From Octopus vulgaris (taxonomy: Eukaryota), in assembly GCA_951406725.2 (NCBI GenBank), contig OX597816.1:51460001-51524000 (forward strand): 64,000 nt of DNA, written 5' to 3'. The first letter of the stretch is position 1. Every line of letters starts with the position of its first letter. This document shows, one piece after another, positions 26,841-40,499 of the stretch. Below the pieces are notes generated by a model that did not search any database, had not been told where the DNA came from, and saw only the letters and a list, made by a program, of their open reading frames with translations. A program made the translations under genes and the position numbers.

Positions 26841-27814
26841 ATATATGTATATATAATATGTGTATATATATATGTATATATATATATGTGTGTATGTGTG
26901 TATGTAATATATGTATGCATGTATACATAGCTGTGTATGTATATGTATGCACGTATATTGCTTTCAAACTTAATTGGCATTTTTACTGACACATGCCAAA
27001 TATTTGCAATGCCGGAAGACATGTTGACTTGTTATCTTACATCTAAAACATAAAAAGTAGCAAACACAGATTTTATGTATATTTGATTCTTTTGGCAAAG
27101 TAATATTAAACGTTAACTCTTTCAAGCTATTTAGTAATATTTTCTGTTCTACCACAGAGGTATTTTCTACCTCTTTTTCGTAACATTAAGTCACGGTGAT
27201 TTATTATGACAGCACTCCAGCATGGTAGTATGGCCACAGATATAATATCTAAACCACAGCAAGTAACTAAAAATGGTTATATGCTATGTTGTCTGTATGA
27301 ATAAGAGAACACTATGTTCTGGGTTGTTTAACAAAGAAACTTAATCGTTCTTTAAGGAACATTAAAGAGATAAATTTTAATGACTTAGCAAATATATTCT
27401 TAGCGTAGATACAGGTGTATTCCAGACATTTCTAGTAGAGTATATTAAAATGTTGTTCACTCAATGATGGTTATAATAGACTTGGTCACTTTTGAAGCTA
27501 TAGACATTAAACAAGATTTTGGTGAAAGTAATGGAGTCAATTTATTGTACAAATATTTACTCATACTGAAAGCCAAACGCTAACATATATTACATAAGAG
27601 GCAAAAACACACAGTCACATATATTGTAGCGCATCATTAACGTGAGACTTTTGGACGTTACTTCCACACCACTATATGAATTGAAATTCTATGTGAATAG
27701 TGTAATTCGCCTAAGCCTGTGACAGAAATACATAATCGTGTGAATGAACGTATATTCAACCATATGAACAGAAACATTATTTGTACTACACATTCAAACA
27801 TGTGCAGGTATATA

Positions 27815-29096
27815 TCAGGTCATCCCATAAGTTCTGTCTGATTTTGCCTTTTTTTAAATTGAATGAAATTTAACAGTATTTTAGAATGTCTAATGGAATT
27901 TAAAATGATTTTTATGCATTTGTGTACATTTAAACTAATTAAATATTATCTTACAGAATAATAGAATTAAAATTTCTTTGACTAAAACCCTTTCTAACAT
28001 GGAAGTATCCAAAGAGCATTTGGAGCACATAATGCTTTAAGGGTACAAATACGGGAACTCTGCAGCCGAAGTAACTCGAAACATACACTCAGATTATGGG
28101 AAAGAATGCTTGAATGAAAGAACTTGCAGAAGATTGTTTGCAAAATTCCGAAGTGGAGATTTCGACCTTGAAGATTAAGATCGAACAGGACATCCAGTTG
28201 GGTTTGATGATAAACTCCTTGAGGAAATAATTGAAGAAAATCCTGCATTATCAGTTGAACAATTGGCAGTAAAGCTTAGTTCAAACCATGCAACTATTCA
28301 TCGTCATCTTCAACAACTTGGAAAGGTTCCTAATCTTGGAAAATGTGTGCCTCGTGGATTGTCCGAAAGCAACCGAAAATCCCGAGTTGACATCTGCTCT
28401 TCTCTCCATTCTCACGAACTCATTTCACCCTTTTTGGATATACGTGACTGATGACGGAAAATGGATCTTCTATCGAAATGTTAAACGTCCTAAACAGTGG
28501 CTTGGTAAAAGGGAAAAAGTTCAACCACAACCGAGGAGGGAATTTCATGGAAAAAATGTTCTTCACTAAATCTGTTGGGATTGCAAAGGAGTAATTCACT
28601 TCGAATTGTTACCACGTAATGCAACAATCAATGCTCAAGTCTGTTCGAAATTAGAGCGTTTGAACCAAGATTTGAAGAAAAAATACCTGCTTTAGTGAAT
28701 CGAAATTGAGTGATGTTTCATCAGTACAATGCGCGAGCCCACACTACAAAGATCACATCACAGAAGATCGAAGATCTTGGTTGGGAAAGAATTCCTCATC
28801 CACCTTATTCTCCCGATCTTGCTCCTTCAGACTACTATTTGTTTCGTAGTTTACAGAATCATTTGGAGGACATAACTTTCGCAAGCCAGGAGAAGGTCGA
28901 AACTGATATTTCAGCGTTCTTCGCTTTGAAACCAAAAGAGTTTTATATTGATGGGATTAAAAAGCTTGTAAATAGATGGAAGGAAGTCATAGATAATCAG
29001 GGAAAGTACATTGATTATTAAATTTCAATTAAATATAACATTTGATCACTTGTCTTCTTTATTCAAAATTCGAACATAACTTATGGGATGACTTGA
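27815..29096 (+). mobile_element. Full-length mariner element, transposase pseudogene 27999-29021
   Basis: TIRs tcaggtcatcccataagtt / aacttatgggatgacttga with TA TSD. TDDGKWIFY, HQYNARAH and HPPYSPDLAPSDYYLFRSLQ (DD34D-type). Several frameshifts. Confidence 0.95.
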
Positions 29097-29378
29097 TATA
29101 TTCGCACAAACACAGAAACGTACGCATCCATATTTCGAAACGTTTACATATGAATATAATATATATACGTAAGCAAATATGTGTGTGTATGTGTGTGCAT
29201 GCGCGCGTGTGTGCACACATATGATATTAAAAAAGCGTGGGCAATTTTGTTGGATTTTTTGTGTTCTTTGCGCTAAAGGAACACCAGTTATTTCAAATTA
29301 CATAAACAGATAAATCGATTGTAATTCAGGTTATAAGGTCTGAGGTGAATGATCACTAACTTAATTGCAAGAAATGTA

Positions 29379-29831
29379 GGATATTTTCGCTTTGAACGGC
29401 AGTTTTTCTAGCGGTGTCATATGAAATTGTCACCCATAATTATGACCCTAGTGTCGATCTATTGCATTTCAATCTGTTTTATGGTTAGGGTTTGTTAGGG
29501 TTAGAGTTAGTTAGGGTTAGGTTTAGGGTTAGGGGTGGGGGCAAGGGTATCTTCTTTTCTTCACAAATGTAAATAAATCCAATCTGTTTCTTAAACTAGG
29601 GACATATTCATACGGCACAGAATGTTTTTTTACCTCAATGGACGTCAGTGATTGGTTGGAATTGCAGAAATTGAAAGGTAAAACAACAAATATCTTAAAA
29701 ACCATAGAATTTTCTCAATAAAGCCAAAAGAAAAAAATTTTTATAAACACATTCTACCAGTATACGAAGTTTAAAATTTTTTAGTTACCTAGAAATTATG
29801 TTAAAAACTGCCGTTCAAAACGAAAAGATCC
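29379..29831. mobile_element. Non-autonomous DNA transposon (MITE), 8-bp TSD, GG termini (Merlin/hAT-like), with internal TTAGGG-like repeats
   Basis: TSD gaaatgta on both sides. TIR ggatattttcgctttgaacggcagttttt / aaaaactgccgttcaaaacgaaaagatcc. (GGTTAG)n at 29483-29535. Confidence 0.9.
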
Positions 29832-30702
29832 GAAATGTATAACATTGTATGTAATTCGAAATAAATTACGTTCGTTTACCGAAACATAAGTGACACTGTT
29901 TCCACTTCCTATTACTGTACTAACGTCATTAAAGCATACTTATTTAATATACAGACCTTGGACATATTAAATTCAACTTTAATAATTGACCATAGTGTAA
30001 GAAACCATTCGTTAATTATTAGTTGAAACATACACCAATGTTCGAATCAATCCGTTTCCTATAAGAAGTTTTGCTGAGGTGATCAACTGGATTTTACCTT
30101 TGTATTCAATGATGGTTTGAGTGTGTATATGTATATGTGTAAAAGTGAAAGCTGACAATATCCATGATGTATGAAAATGTTCTTTTCTACAAATGTTTAA
30201 ATAATGGTGCAGTCACATTGCAATTTTAATTATGACCATAATTATAATTATATTTATGTAGCATACAAGAACCGCATAAGCAAAGACGTTTTCGAACAAG
30301 AAATACATATTTCAATCTCTTTAATCCAAGGGTGAAAGTGTAGAAAGAACTACAAATAATAAAGATAAAGAAAGTTTGAGAGGAATATTGATTAAATGAT
30401 ATATCGTTGAAAGATTAATGACTATGCATATTGAATAACATTTTGAATAACATCTTCGTTCATTGTTAAAACGCTATAAATGATAGTGGCTTAAATCAGT
30501 CGCAATCAAAAACGTGAAATTTCTTTAGCTGTAAAATAAAATAAAAGACAAGGTACGAGATACCAGGACATATAATACACACATTCAATTATAGACATCC
30601 TTATAAATACATATGGCTAGTTGTACATGCAAAAACAGTATGTCCAATAGGTTGAAACATATATATATATAGACAAATAGATAGATAGAAAAACAGATAG
30701 AG

Positions 30703-30745
<43 letters not shown>

Positions 30746-32299
30746 AAGATTGATGGGTGGATGGATAGATATACATCTGTGCACATATACCTATACAAAC
30801 GGAGATTCACATATGTATACATATATATACGTATATATACACATGTATATATAAACGTATATACGTATATGTATACACATATATATGTGTTATATTTATG
30901 TATATACATACACGAATGTATGTTTGTATGTATATATATTGAGAGAGAGAGAGAGATACATACGAATGAATGTATATATATTCACATACAAAATCACCTA
31001 TATACATATCTGTGTGTTTTTGTGTCTGTGTGTATGTGCGCGTGTGCGTGTACACACATACGTATCTATTACTTATATTTTCGTTCTAATTTACATTTCT
31101 ACACATTTAAATACATCGTATTTAACATATCGCATTACGATATAATTATATTTTATTAAATATATTTCATTAATGTGTTCATTACCAATGTGTATAACAA
31201 CGCAATTCCAAAAGTAAAGGTGTCTTACATGCCATTAGCATTGTTGCAATTGATAAAATTGCATAATAAATAGTTAATACAATGCAATACACCATAATAT
31301 AGAGAAGCAGGCAATTTCATTCGTCAGATTAATGCTTAATATTGTAAACGTAATATTAGTTTGTAACATTAAATATAATTACAGCTGATAAGTTAGTATA
31401 AATATGTTATAATTGATACATCATCAGAGCCTATTTTCGATAACTAAGTATTCCTTTATAATATTTTTATTTCATTACTATTTTGTATTATTTTTTCCTT
31501 CATTTCGCTCTTTCAGAGTTCCTCACTCCAGATTTCCTTTGAATTTTTAATATATATGAGGCAATTAAAATTTTTAATTCCTATTTCAAAACATCGTTGA
31601 TGATACGATTGCAGCGTGCCTTATAATTCTGAATATATACATATACTTTTTATTGTTTCAATGTTACGTAAGATTTATTGAAATAATTGTTGGAAAAATA
31701 TTTTGAAATATCACTGATGCTCGTTCATATAGTTTTCACAATTGTATTTTGTTTTGTTAATTTGTTGTATCCAACTCAGCAGTGTATGTAGATATGCCTT
31801 TTACATATATGGTTTCGGCGTTTAGCGTGATGTGATCTAAAACGTGATTGTTTGAAATGCAAAACTTCTGCCTCACACGATGAAAATATATAAATACGAG
31901 TGCGTGTGTTTCTAATTAAAATATGGGAAATGTAGAATACATTAGTTATCATGTGTTACTACGGAAACTTTTCGATATTTTTGGTTTAAAAGGTTGTTTT
32001 CTGAGCAAAAGACTTTCCGGATTGTTGCTTCCCTTTACACTCTTTCAACGGCAAAGGAACTTGAGGCTCATACCGCGTCGGCTAGGCTTCATTTATCCAA
32101 CATCCTCCGATCTAAGTACCTACTCACATTTTAGTGAGCGAAGCCGTGCTTACCACCATGTATACTTTAAAAACAAAAAAAGACACCTTATTGCATATGC
32201 CGTTGCCAGACCGCACATATACTGTTGCCAGTCGTGCACATTTGGTTGTGATGCATAATGTTTTCAAATGTTGCTACATAGACAGCCATTTGGGGATGA

Positions 32300-32465
32300 A
32301 TCAATTACATCTGACTCCAGTATTTCACTGGTACATAATTTATCGACCCCGAAAGGATTAAAAGCAAAGTCGACCTCGGTTGAATTTGAGCTCAGGGCGT
32401 GAAGACGAGCGAAATAGGCTAAGCATTTTGCCTGACGTGCTAACGATTCTGCCAGCTCGCCGCTT
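32300..32465 (-). mobile_element. SINE family C
   Basis: Reverse complement of ggcgagctggcagaatcgttagcac...gaggtcgactttgc.tttaatcctttcggggtcga, matching 61797-61930. Confidence 0.8.
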
Positions 32466-32535
32466 TTATGATGATGATGATGATGATGATGATGATAATG
32501 CACTGCTCTCTCACTCAATAATAATAATAATAATG

Positions 32536-32604
<69 letters not shown>

Positions 32605-34299
32605 TCCCGTTGCAAAATCCGTAAACGCAATATCATTAAGAGAGGCTCTAAACTTTCTAATGTATCTATTGACATTAAATGATAATTAGGGTAGAATGCT
32701 TATTGTAATCAATATGCTAGCCACGGAATCTAAGAAACTAGCTTAAAAGAATGCAAAGTTCTTAGCTCGGGTAGACTATTTTACAAGCAAATAATGTTTC
32801 CGTGTATGAAGTGGCGATGCCTCCAATGTGCCACACCGACCAGTTCAGGAAGATCAGTGTGAAATACAACTGGGTGAGTCCACCCGGCCGATAAACTATT
32901 GCACTCTATGCGGAATGCAGATATCGACTTCACTAGGAAACACGTGTGTATATCCTTCGTACTCTAGAGAAGTCACACACTGACATGTAGGCATCCGCAC
33001 ACTCAGACACACGCACACACAGACACACATATATATATATGTACATAGAAATATAGAGCGATATACAGGGAGTGTGAGAAAACTAATGTTTTCTAGTTTC
33101 CCCTTTAGCTTCTTACAATGGGAATTTGAAGCCCAAGAACTGCAACTTAAAAGAAGACTATTTTAAGGCTTTTGTGTGACGTTGACATGATTATACATGC
33201 AATACTTATGCATATCCTCTATCGTTTTGCTTTAGCATTTACAAAGAAGTATGCAGCAGTGATTTCCCCAGATACTTTGAGCTTCCTGTGTCATTTGCGT
33301 ATATATTGTATTATGTAAGCCGTGTTAAAGAGTCTTCTTTGCGTTGACATTCAAACCACGTCCTATCTTTCCTCTCATCAATTTTATTTTGAATGATTGA
33401 AGATTTTTGGTGTTAGCCTGACATCAAGACTGACAAAGATTGATATTAAACCTATCTGATACTTTGCATTTCATTTTGAGATACTTGACCTTTGCGCAGG
33501 CAAGTATGATCTTATGCTGCTATTTACATTTCTGCTTTTGGTACTGTGTAATTGTGTTTTTAAAAGATTTACGTTAAGTATAGAATAAAGATGAGGGGAC
33601 ATGGTTGTGGATGATTTTATCATTAAACTCAATTGCTTCCTTTTGGAATTTTAGCATAATGATAATTTAAAGGATTCATTGACAAGTTATCGATTCGATA
33701 ATGAGAGTTTTCATGCAATCGCCATAAATCTTTTCAAAACAGGGTTATGGTGTGCCAACTGAAATATGTAACAGGTGATTAACTTAACATATTCTTGTCA
33801 GATTTAACGTAACAGCTCTATGCAAATTTCACTACTTGATATGGAAAACGGAATCAATAAAACTGAGTCATTATTATGATTTTCGCTATAGTTAATGACA
33901 TTCAAATCTGTGAAATATTAAACTAACTTTACTAGGAATTACTGCAGTTAAAACTTGTATAATTAGAAGATATTCAGTAATGGAAGACAGACGATTTAAT
34001 GAAAACACTACACATACACCATAGACAATGGGCAATAATTATTTATTGAATAATATCGGATAATACTGTGTCGTTGAATTGCCTCGGGTGGCCATGCAGC
34101 ATCTGATATGAAATACTGGACATTATCAGTACGGTATAGATATAAAATCCTATGAAATATTCAATACCATCTGGAAACTAAACAATGATCTAATCACGTT
34201 GTTTTCAATTTTCACGTTGTCTTCAATTTTCAGCACAATAATTATACTTCTTTTGTTAAATAAAAAAATTACCTTCATTTACAAGTATATTTTGAGTAT

Positions 34300-34451
34300 A
34301 TACTTATTGTTTAAGTCCAGTACTTAGTCTATTGATTATTTTTTGCCGAACCACCAAATTATAGAGACTTAAACATACCTGCACCTGTTTTCAAGCGGTG
34401 GGGTGGGGAAACAAATACAGACACAAAGACACACACATACACACAGACACA

Positions 34452-34491
<40 letters not shown>

Positions 34492-34930
34492 AATAAGAAA
34501 ATGGAGGAACAGATTCCTTTCAATCATCGACTTACAGATATTACCAATTCATATTATTTATTAACTACTTAAATAGGAACATCCAAATCCAACAGAATAT
34601 AATACTATAAAAATAATGCACATAAAATGGATCTTACACCTGTTTCAGCCTGTAGATAAAGGTATCTCATTGTGCCTATATTAGTCAGATGTATTGAGGT
34701 AATATGCAGTTAAAATGCAAATATAAATATGAAACAAAATACACTGATATCCCATAGTGGGTTACATTCATAACCCCTATCTCACTTTGTACTATATATA
34801 TACGACGGACTCTTTCAGTTTCCGTTTACCAGATTCATTAGAAAGCTGTGGTTGACCCGAGGCTATAACTAGAAGGTACTTGCCTGAGGTGCCTCGCAGT
34901 GGGGATGAACCGGGAACCATGTGGTTGGAA
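34300..34930 (-). mobile_element. SINE family A split by an insertion in its internal (AT)n
   Basis: 3' half at 34300-34450, 5' half at 34800-34930, unrelated AT-rich insert at 34490-34792. Confidence 0.7.
34490..34792 (-). mobile_element. PLE-like short insert with a decayed hammerhead 3' half
   Basis: Minus strand GAAAC-AGGT-G-TA-AG (34633-34646), with an AATAA-rich tract downstream. Embedded in (AT)n. Confidence 0.4.
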
Positions 34931-35149
34931 GAGTCTTAACTCATCAGTGATCTTTGAATGTTCTGTTGTCTTTTGTCGGGGGAGGGACTACCTTGTCGTT
35001 CAGAAATTGCTCCTCATCACTTATGCTGTTCTCTTTTGATGTGATTTTTTTTCTAATTCCCCCTTCGAATAAATCTCTATAATTACGTCTTTTTTAGTAT
35101 ACAAAGGATGTAAATGACTATGGAGTAGTACTGATAGTTATATTTTCTC

Positions 35150-35900
35150 ATCTATCTCTGGTACAAGGCATAACGTTATCAGCAATACAAAGATATTTGG
35201 ATAAGGTCTCTTTGAAATTGTTTTATTTAATGTTGATTTTCATTTCTTTACATTTTATATTTTTGCTTCATCTTCCCAATTCATCAAATAATTCAATGCT
35301 AACAGGTGCATTGCACTGTCCAATAAGACATGTAGGATTTCTATCATGAGTCGCCGATTTTATGCCCTTTGTGTCAGCACCTACCATTTAATACAGTTCC
35401 GGTATTGCTTAGTAACCTGCCTCGCAAGTCCATTTTGATTATTCCTAACCACGGGTTACCTTTATGTTTTTAATCCTGCTTTTGCCACAACCAAATTGGC
35501 ACAACCAAATTGCCACCCAAAACATCATTAAAAGCCTTGTGTCTACGTTGTGACCATTGTGACTTTCTGTGATCCGTTCTACCCATGCACTAACGAACAA
35601 ACATATAGCGAGTGATAAATATCACAATTTCAACCCTTGTTATGGCTGCCTTTTTAGTTTTAATGGCCAGATTATATAACGAGAGATAAATATGATAATC
35701 TCAGCCTTTGTTCTGGCTGTATCATTAGTTTTAATAGTATAGAAGATACGTTATACGATTTGCCTTTGACTCCATCAGATTATTTCTTCCCGTGTTTTAA
35801 ATTCCTTTTTGTACTACTATTTTCCTTTAACCGTGATAGAACCAATAATTATTTCAGTTCATTTATTATTCAGAGCAGATTTGTTTTCACACAACTGTCA
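35150..35900 (-). mobile_element. Possible decayed Penelope-like GIY-YIG C-terminus
   Basis: Minus-strand scraps EFKTR, (I)WS..KA and KAEII loosely match the PLE endonuclease C-terminal pattern. Very degraded. Confidence 0.3.
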
Positions 35901-36389
35901 AATGAACAATCAGTAGTATTTGAACTTGCGCAATGGTGAGATACAACTATTAATGTTACTGTTATTATCTCTGTCTTACAAATATCTTCTTTCAGCATTT
36001 AAGTTATGTTCCTTTATTAATCATTATACTATTCATTTTGTTCCTACTCTTGGACATTTAGTTGTGTTTTTAACTTTGTATTTTTACTGCAACTCTAGTA
36101 TCTTGTGATTGGTTGTAGTTATTCTTAAAAGGTATTTATGATTGAAACCGCAATGACTGTACATAAGATTTTAAATGTTGGGGAATTTAACCATTTTTCT
36201 GTAATCTACTCCTTGGGTATCGAGAGAAAACACACTGTAGGTAATAGTTGTTTAATACAAGATCTTAAAGAAAATTTTATTTAGTAATTCTAGAAGTGAA
36301 GGCATTTTGAAGAGAGAATGAAAAACACTGCTTTAGTGTATGAAAGTCTACATGATAATGATGATGGTAATTTTAATAGTAATTATAAT

Positions 36390-36499
36390 AGTTCACTGAT
36401 ACTGAAGAGCTGACACCGTAGTACATCGCCAGCGTAAGAAGCTGGGCAAAGGCAACAACAGCAATGATAATGATAATAATAATAATTAATTATTATTAT

Positions 36500-36534
<35 letters not shown>

Positions 36535-36551
36535 ATAGTAGTAGTAGTAGC

Positions 36552-36609
<58 letters not shown>

Positions 36610-36980
36610 TAAGCCAGACGTAGTCTTAACTGAGAAAGAAAAATGCAAACAATGCTGGATCATAGATATAGCATGCCCAGCTGAAAACAAGGGATACAAT
36701 ATGGAAGAAAGAAAAGTCGATAGATATGACAGGTTAGCCTGGGAGGTTATGCCGTTGTGGTCGATGAAAAAGGTGGTAGTAGTAACAAAAATCTTGAGAA
36801 GTTCATGGAACAAATAGGGGTTGCAATAAAGGTGGAGCACTTGCAGAAAACAGCACTGCTTGGAGCCGCTCGAATAATCCGGAAGGTGCACGAAAAATAA
36901 GAGGTGTTACCTTAGTTTGCTGGGATTGAACAGTTGACACCGTAGTACATCTTCAGCATTAGAAGCTATGCAAAGGCAAT
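36390..36980 (+). mobile_element. Two R4/Dong-clade (RLE) 3' fragments separated by (TAA)n/(TAG)n
   Basis: 36611-36900 reads KPDVVL...CWIIDIACP...KVDRYDRLAWEV...LQKTALLGAARIIRKV. The 3' UTR tgacaccgtagtacatc...agaagct..gcaaaggca is present at both ~36410 and ~36935. Confidence 0.85.
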
Positions 36981-37049
36981 AATGATGATGATGATGATGA
37001 TAATAATAATAATAATAATAATAATAATGTTATTGTTGTCGTTATTGTA

Positions 37050-37280
37050 TTTAAGACGTCGCACAGTATCCAGTACCGTGGTGTTCAATGAAATATTGTG
37101 TGTACCGGCAGATTTTACTATTTGTAAAGTTAGAACAATGACCTCAGATAGGCTGTATTTTACGGAATATGCGTCCAGTTCCAGGTAATGCTGATTTTTT
37201 GCAATTCATGGCACTGGAATGCTTTTCCTTCATTTCAACAGACCGCTTGTTTTTACGAGCACGGGCACATTTTCACCAGT
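37050..37280 (-). mobile_element. R4/Dong 3' fragment
   Basis: Minus strand LQKSALPGTGRIFRKI, the R4/Dong C-terminal motif. Confidence 0.7.
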
Positions 37281-37459
37281 AAAAGGACTACTACTACTAC
37301 TTCTACTCTACTACTAGTACTACTGCTGTTGCTGCTGCTACTACTACTACTACTTCTACTACTACTACTACTACTGCTGCTGCTACTACTACTACCATTA
37401 ATATTACTTTCATATGCACTCAACAGATTATATTGTTGGAAAATAAAAGAATTCTAACA

Positions 37460-38890
37460 TGGGGCTACAAATACCCTTGGATGCCAAGAACCTTCTTAAG
37501 TATCAAAGCTGCCCCTAATAACAATGTTTACTGCAGCAGTACTAAATTGGGTTTTATCCCTATTTCCTCCATCCATCTGTTCCCATGTTTGGGGATATAA
37601 CTACTGAGATACATTTTACCCGTATATTCCATAGTCTCTGTAATTCAATAGCTAGCTCCTGGTTCTTTGCTATTTTTTCTATACTTCTAATAATGTTTTC
37701 ATCATTTGGGACTGTTAAGTTAATTATCTAGCACTTTCTATTCTCTTTATCTACTGTTGCCAAATCCGATCTTCTAGCTTCACTAGATACGAACCAATTA
37801 GCTTTGTTTTTACATCGCTTACTCACCTTCCTGGTGCACTCCTCAATTTTCGTTTTCATGTCTGTAGTTAGTACTCTGTCTAATACTCCTAGATACTTAT
37901 GACTCCTCCTTGCAATGATTTTAATGCCTGAACATCTAGTAATTGGATGCCTTCGCTGTTGACTACCTGCCCCCTTCTTATGTCTATTATTTCACACTTA
38001 TCAAAATCAAATTCCATGCCTTTAGCTCTGCTGAAGAGACTTAAAGTCAGTATTCAGGAATCTATCTCGTTTTCACTCTTACTAAAAAGCTTCACATTAT
38101 CCATGTGGAGCAAATGGATAATTTTTTCCATTACTATTTCTGAAATGGCCCTCTGCATTTGCCTTCCTTAATAATAATTTGAGGGGAATGAAACATAAAA
38201 CAAATATTACAGGGGACAACGAGTCCCCCAACCCCTGAAAAATTCCTCTTTTGATATTTACTTTCCCTAAAAGTGTGTCGCCTGAGTAGAAATCTACTTT
38301 CCATTTCTTCATGCTAAACTTAATTAATTCTATTATGTTGTCTGCTATACTTGAATATACTAAAACATTCACTTATTCATGAGTGTGGGATCATGTCATA
38401 GGATTTCCTATAATCAATCCATGCTATTGTTAGATGTTTCCTTCTAGATTTTATTTCATTTAGAACTCCTTTGTCTATATATAATAGATCGCGCGTCCCT
38501 CTCACCTTCTTCCTGCAACATTTTTGTTCTACTGATAGTAAATTCTGGTTGTCAAGGTGCTCGTAAATTCTTTCTGATAGCATTCCTGTTGACAGCTTCC
38601 ACACGAAGGGTAATCAAGAGATTGGTCTATAGTTGCTAGCTGTATCACTCGTGCTCATATCTTTCATAATGAGTATTGTCCTCCCTCTAGTCATCCAATC
38701 TGGTATTATTCCTGCATTAAGGCAATCCTGAAGTTGTTCCCTCAACCTCCCATGTAAACTACTGAAGTTCTTTAGCCTGTACCCTTGAAGTGAATCTGAT
38801 CCTGGGACCTTCCAGGTCGACATTTCCCTAACACATTATTCATTAATGCACTGGCTGCTTCTCACTCACTAATTTTTCCCTCACTTTCTT
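37460..38890 (-). mobile_element. R4/Dong-clade retrotransposon RT + RLE pseudogene
   Basis: PGSDSLQGYRLKNF, PDWMTRGRTILIMKD, NYRPI, AWIDYRKSYDMIPHS, IKRGIFQG.GDSLSPVIF and LLLGAALILKKVL. Confidence 0.9.
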
Positions 38891-38944
38891 TCACCCTACT
38901 GAGGAAGGCCGAGAGTAAAAAGGAAAAATTATCATCCTCATCAC

Positions 38945-38992
<48 letters not shown>

Positions 38993-39089
38993 TATCATCA
39001 CCATCATTATTATTATGAATATTATTATGCATGATGTGCACAAATGTTTTTCCGGATCAAAAATTGCAATTAGATAGCGAGGACCATTT

Positions 39090-39640
39090 TTATAATCTTT
39101 ACTTTTCAAAATACAGCAGATTTCTGAACAAATCCTCTCCTCTTAGTTATACCCATCTCAATGAGGGCGCCATTATGTCTGTTTATTGACAGTAATTAGG
39201 GCACCTACAACAACTGGGTTTACTTTTGTAGAAACCTTATACACTTGTATTTTCCTAGCTAAATCCTGGTGTTTTCTTATATTCTCCTGTTCTTTGACAG
39301 TCGCATTCAGGTTCGCAGATATAACCACATCTATGATGGTGCACTCCTTTTCCTCTTCTCATGAAACATAATACCCGGTCACCTGACATTACGCTTGTCA
39401 GACATTAAAATCCTATTTTATATTGTATTGGTTACGTTCTGTGTTACACTTTCTAGTTAATGTTCGTACAATATTCTTCCTACCTTCAATCCTCTTTACT
39501 GTAATATGTTCCAATGTAGGGCCATGGACACTCAGCCGTTTCTGCTTTCATGTCCTTTCGTGCTAAAGAATTACATTGATTTATTATATGCGTAATGGTT
39601 TCATCTCTCACATTACGTACTCAGCACTTAGAACTTTCCG
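39090..39640 (-). mobile_element. R4/Dong RLE-domain fragment
   Basis: Minus strand CTIIDVVIS...KEQENIRKHQDLARKI...PVVVGAL. Confidence 0.7.
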
Positions 39641-39652
39641 TGGATTTATTGA

Positions 39653-40240
39653 CGACGTGATATCAAAATGTTCCCGGACTAGTAATGTTTCATAAAAAAT
39701 AACTTATTTACCTAAGTTTTGATATAATCTCCTTCGAAATAGTCAACCTGAGCAGCAATACACCGGTTCCAGTGTTTCTGTCACAATTTAGAATCCGGCC
39801 TGGAAGTCGTTTTCCGTAAGCGAATCGAGGACTTTCTGCGATTGGCTCTGGACCTCGACAACATTGCTATAATGACGACCTCTGAACTGGATTTTCATCT
39901 TGGGGAAGAACTGGAAGTCCGCAGATGCTAAATATGACGATTAGAGCGTGTGCAGGGGCGATACCATGTTGATTTCGCCAAGAAACTCACGAGGAAGGAG
40001 AACTCGGTGACAGGGTGCTTGTTGTTATGAAGAATCCAATTCTTCCCACTCCAGAAATCAGGTCTCTTTCGCTGAGCTTCCTCCTTTAAACGCTTCACAA
40101 CGTATGAAGTAAACACAGTAATGTCACTTGTCACACTGCCTCATGAAGGTCATTACCAGCTCGCACTGCCTCCGCAACCGTGTGCTGCCATGTGTTGGCG
40201 CGCTACAGCACTAGTCCTCGAACTTTTTCATACTACCTCG
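39653..40240 (-). mobile_element. Internally deleted mariner element
   Basis: Imperfect TIRs ending ...ggactag. Minus strand RKRPDFWSGKNWILHNN and WNRCIAAQVDYFEGD. Confidence 0.85.
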
Positions 40241-40312
40241 CATTTTAACCTTAATGATATTCTTCCGCAATGTCTGGCTTTGTGAATCGTTCCGTTTCTT
40301 TCTCAATATCTC

Positions 40313-40360
<48 letters not shown>

Positions 40361-40499
40361 ACACAAAATTTATTTTCGACTATGGCATTTACAAAAACAA
40401 AAATTTGCACACCTTCAGATATACACACGTAGAATTAAGCAAGCGCCATTTGAAACACTACGTAGAGTAAAGGAGAAAAAAATTCAATTCTTAATTTAA

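Noticed and set aside
29483-29540. True telomere or chromosome-fusion relic
   Set aside because: Short, degenerate and enclosed by MITE TIRs and a TSD.
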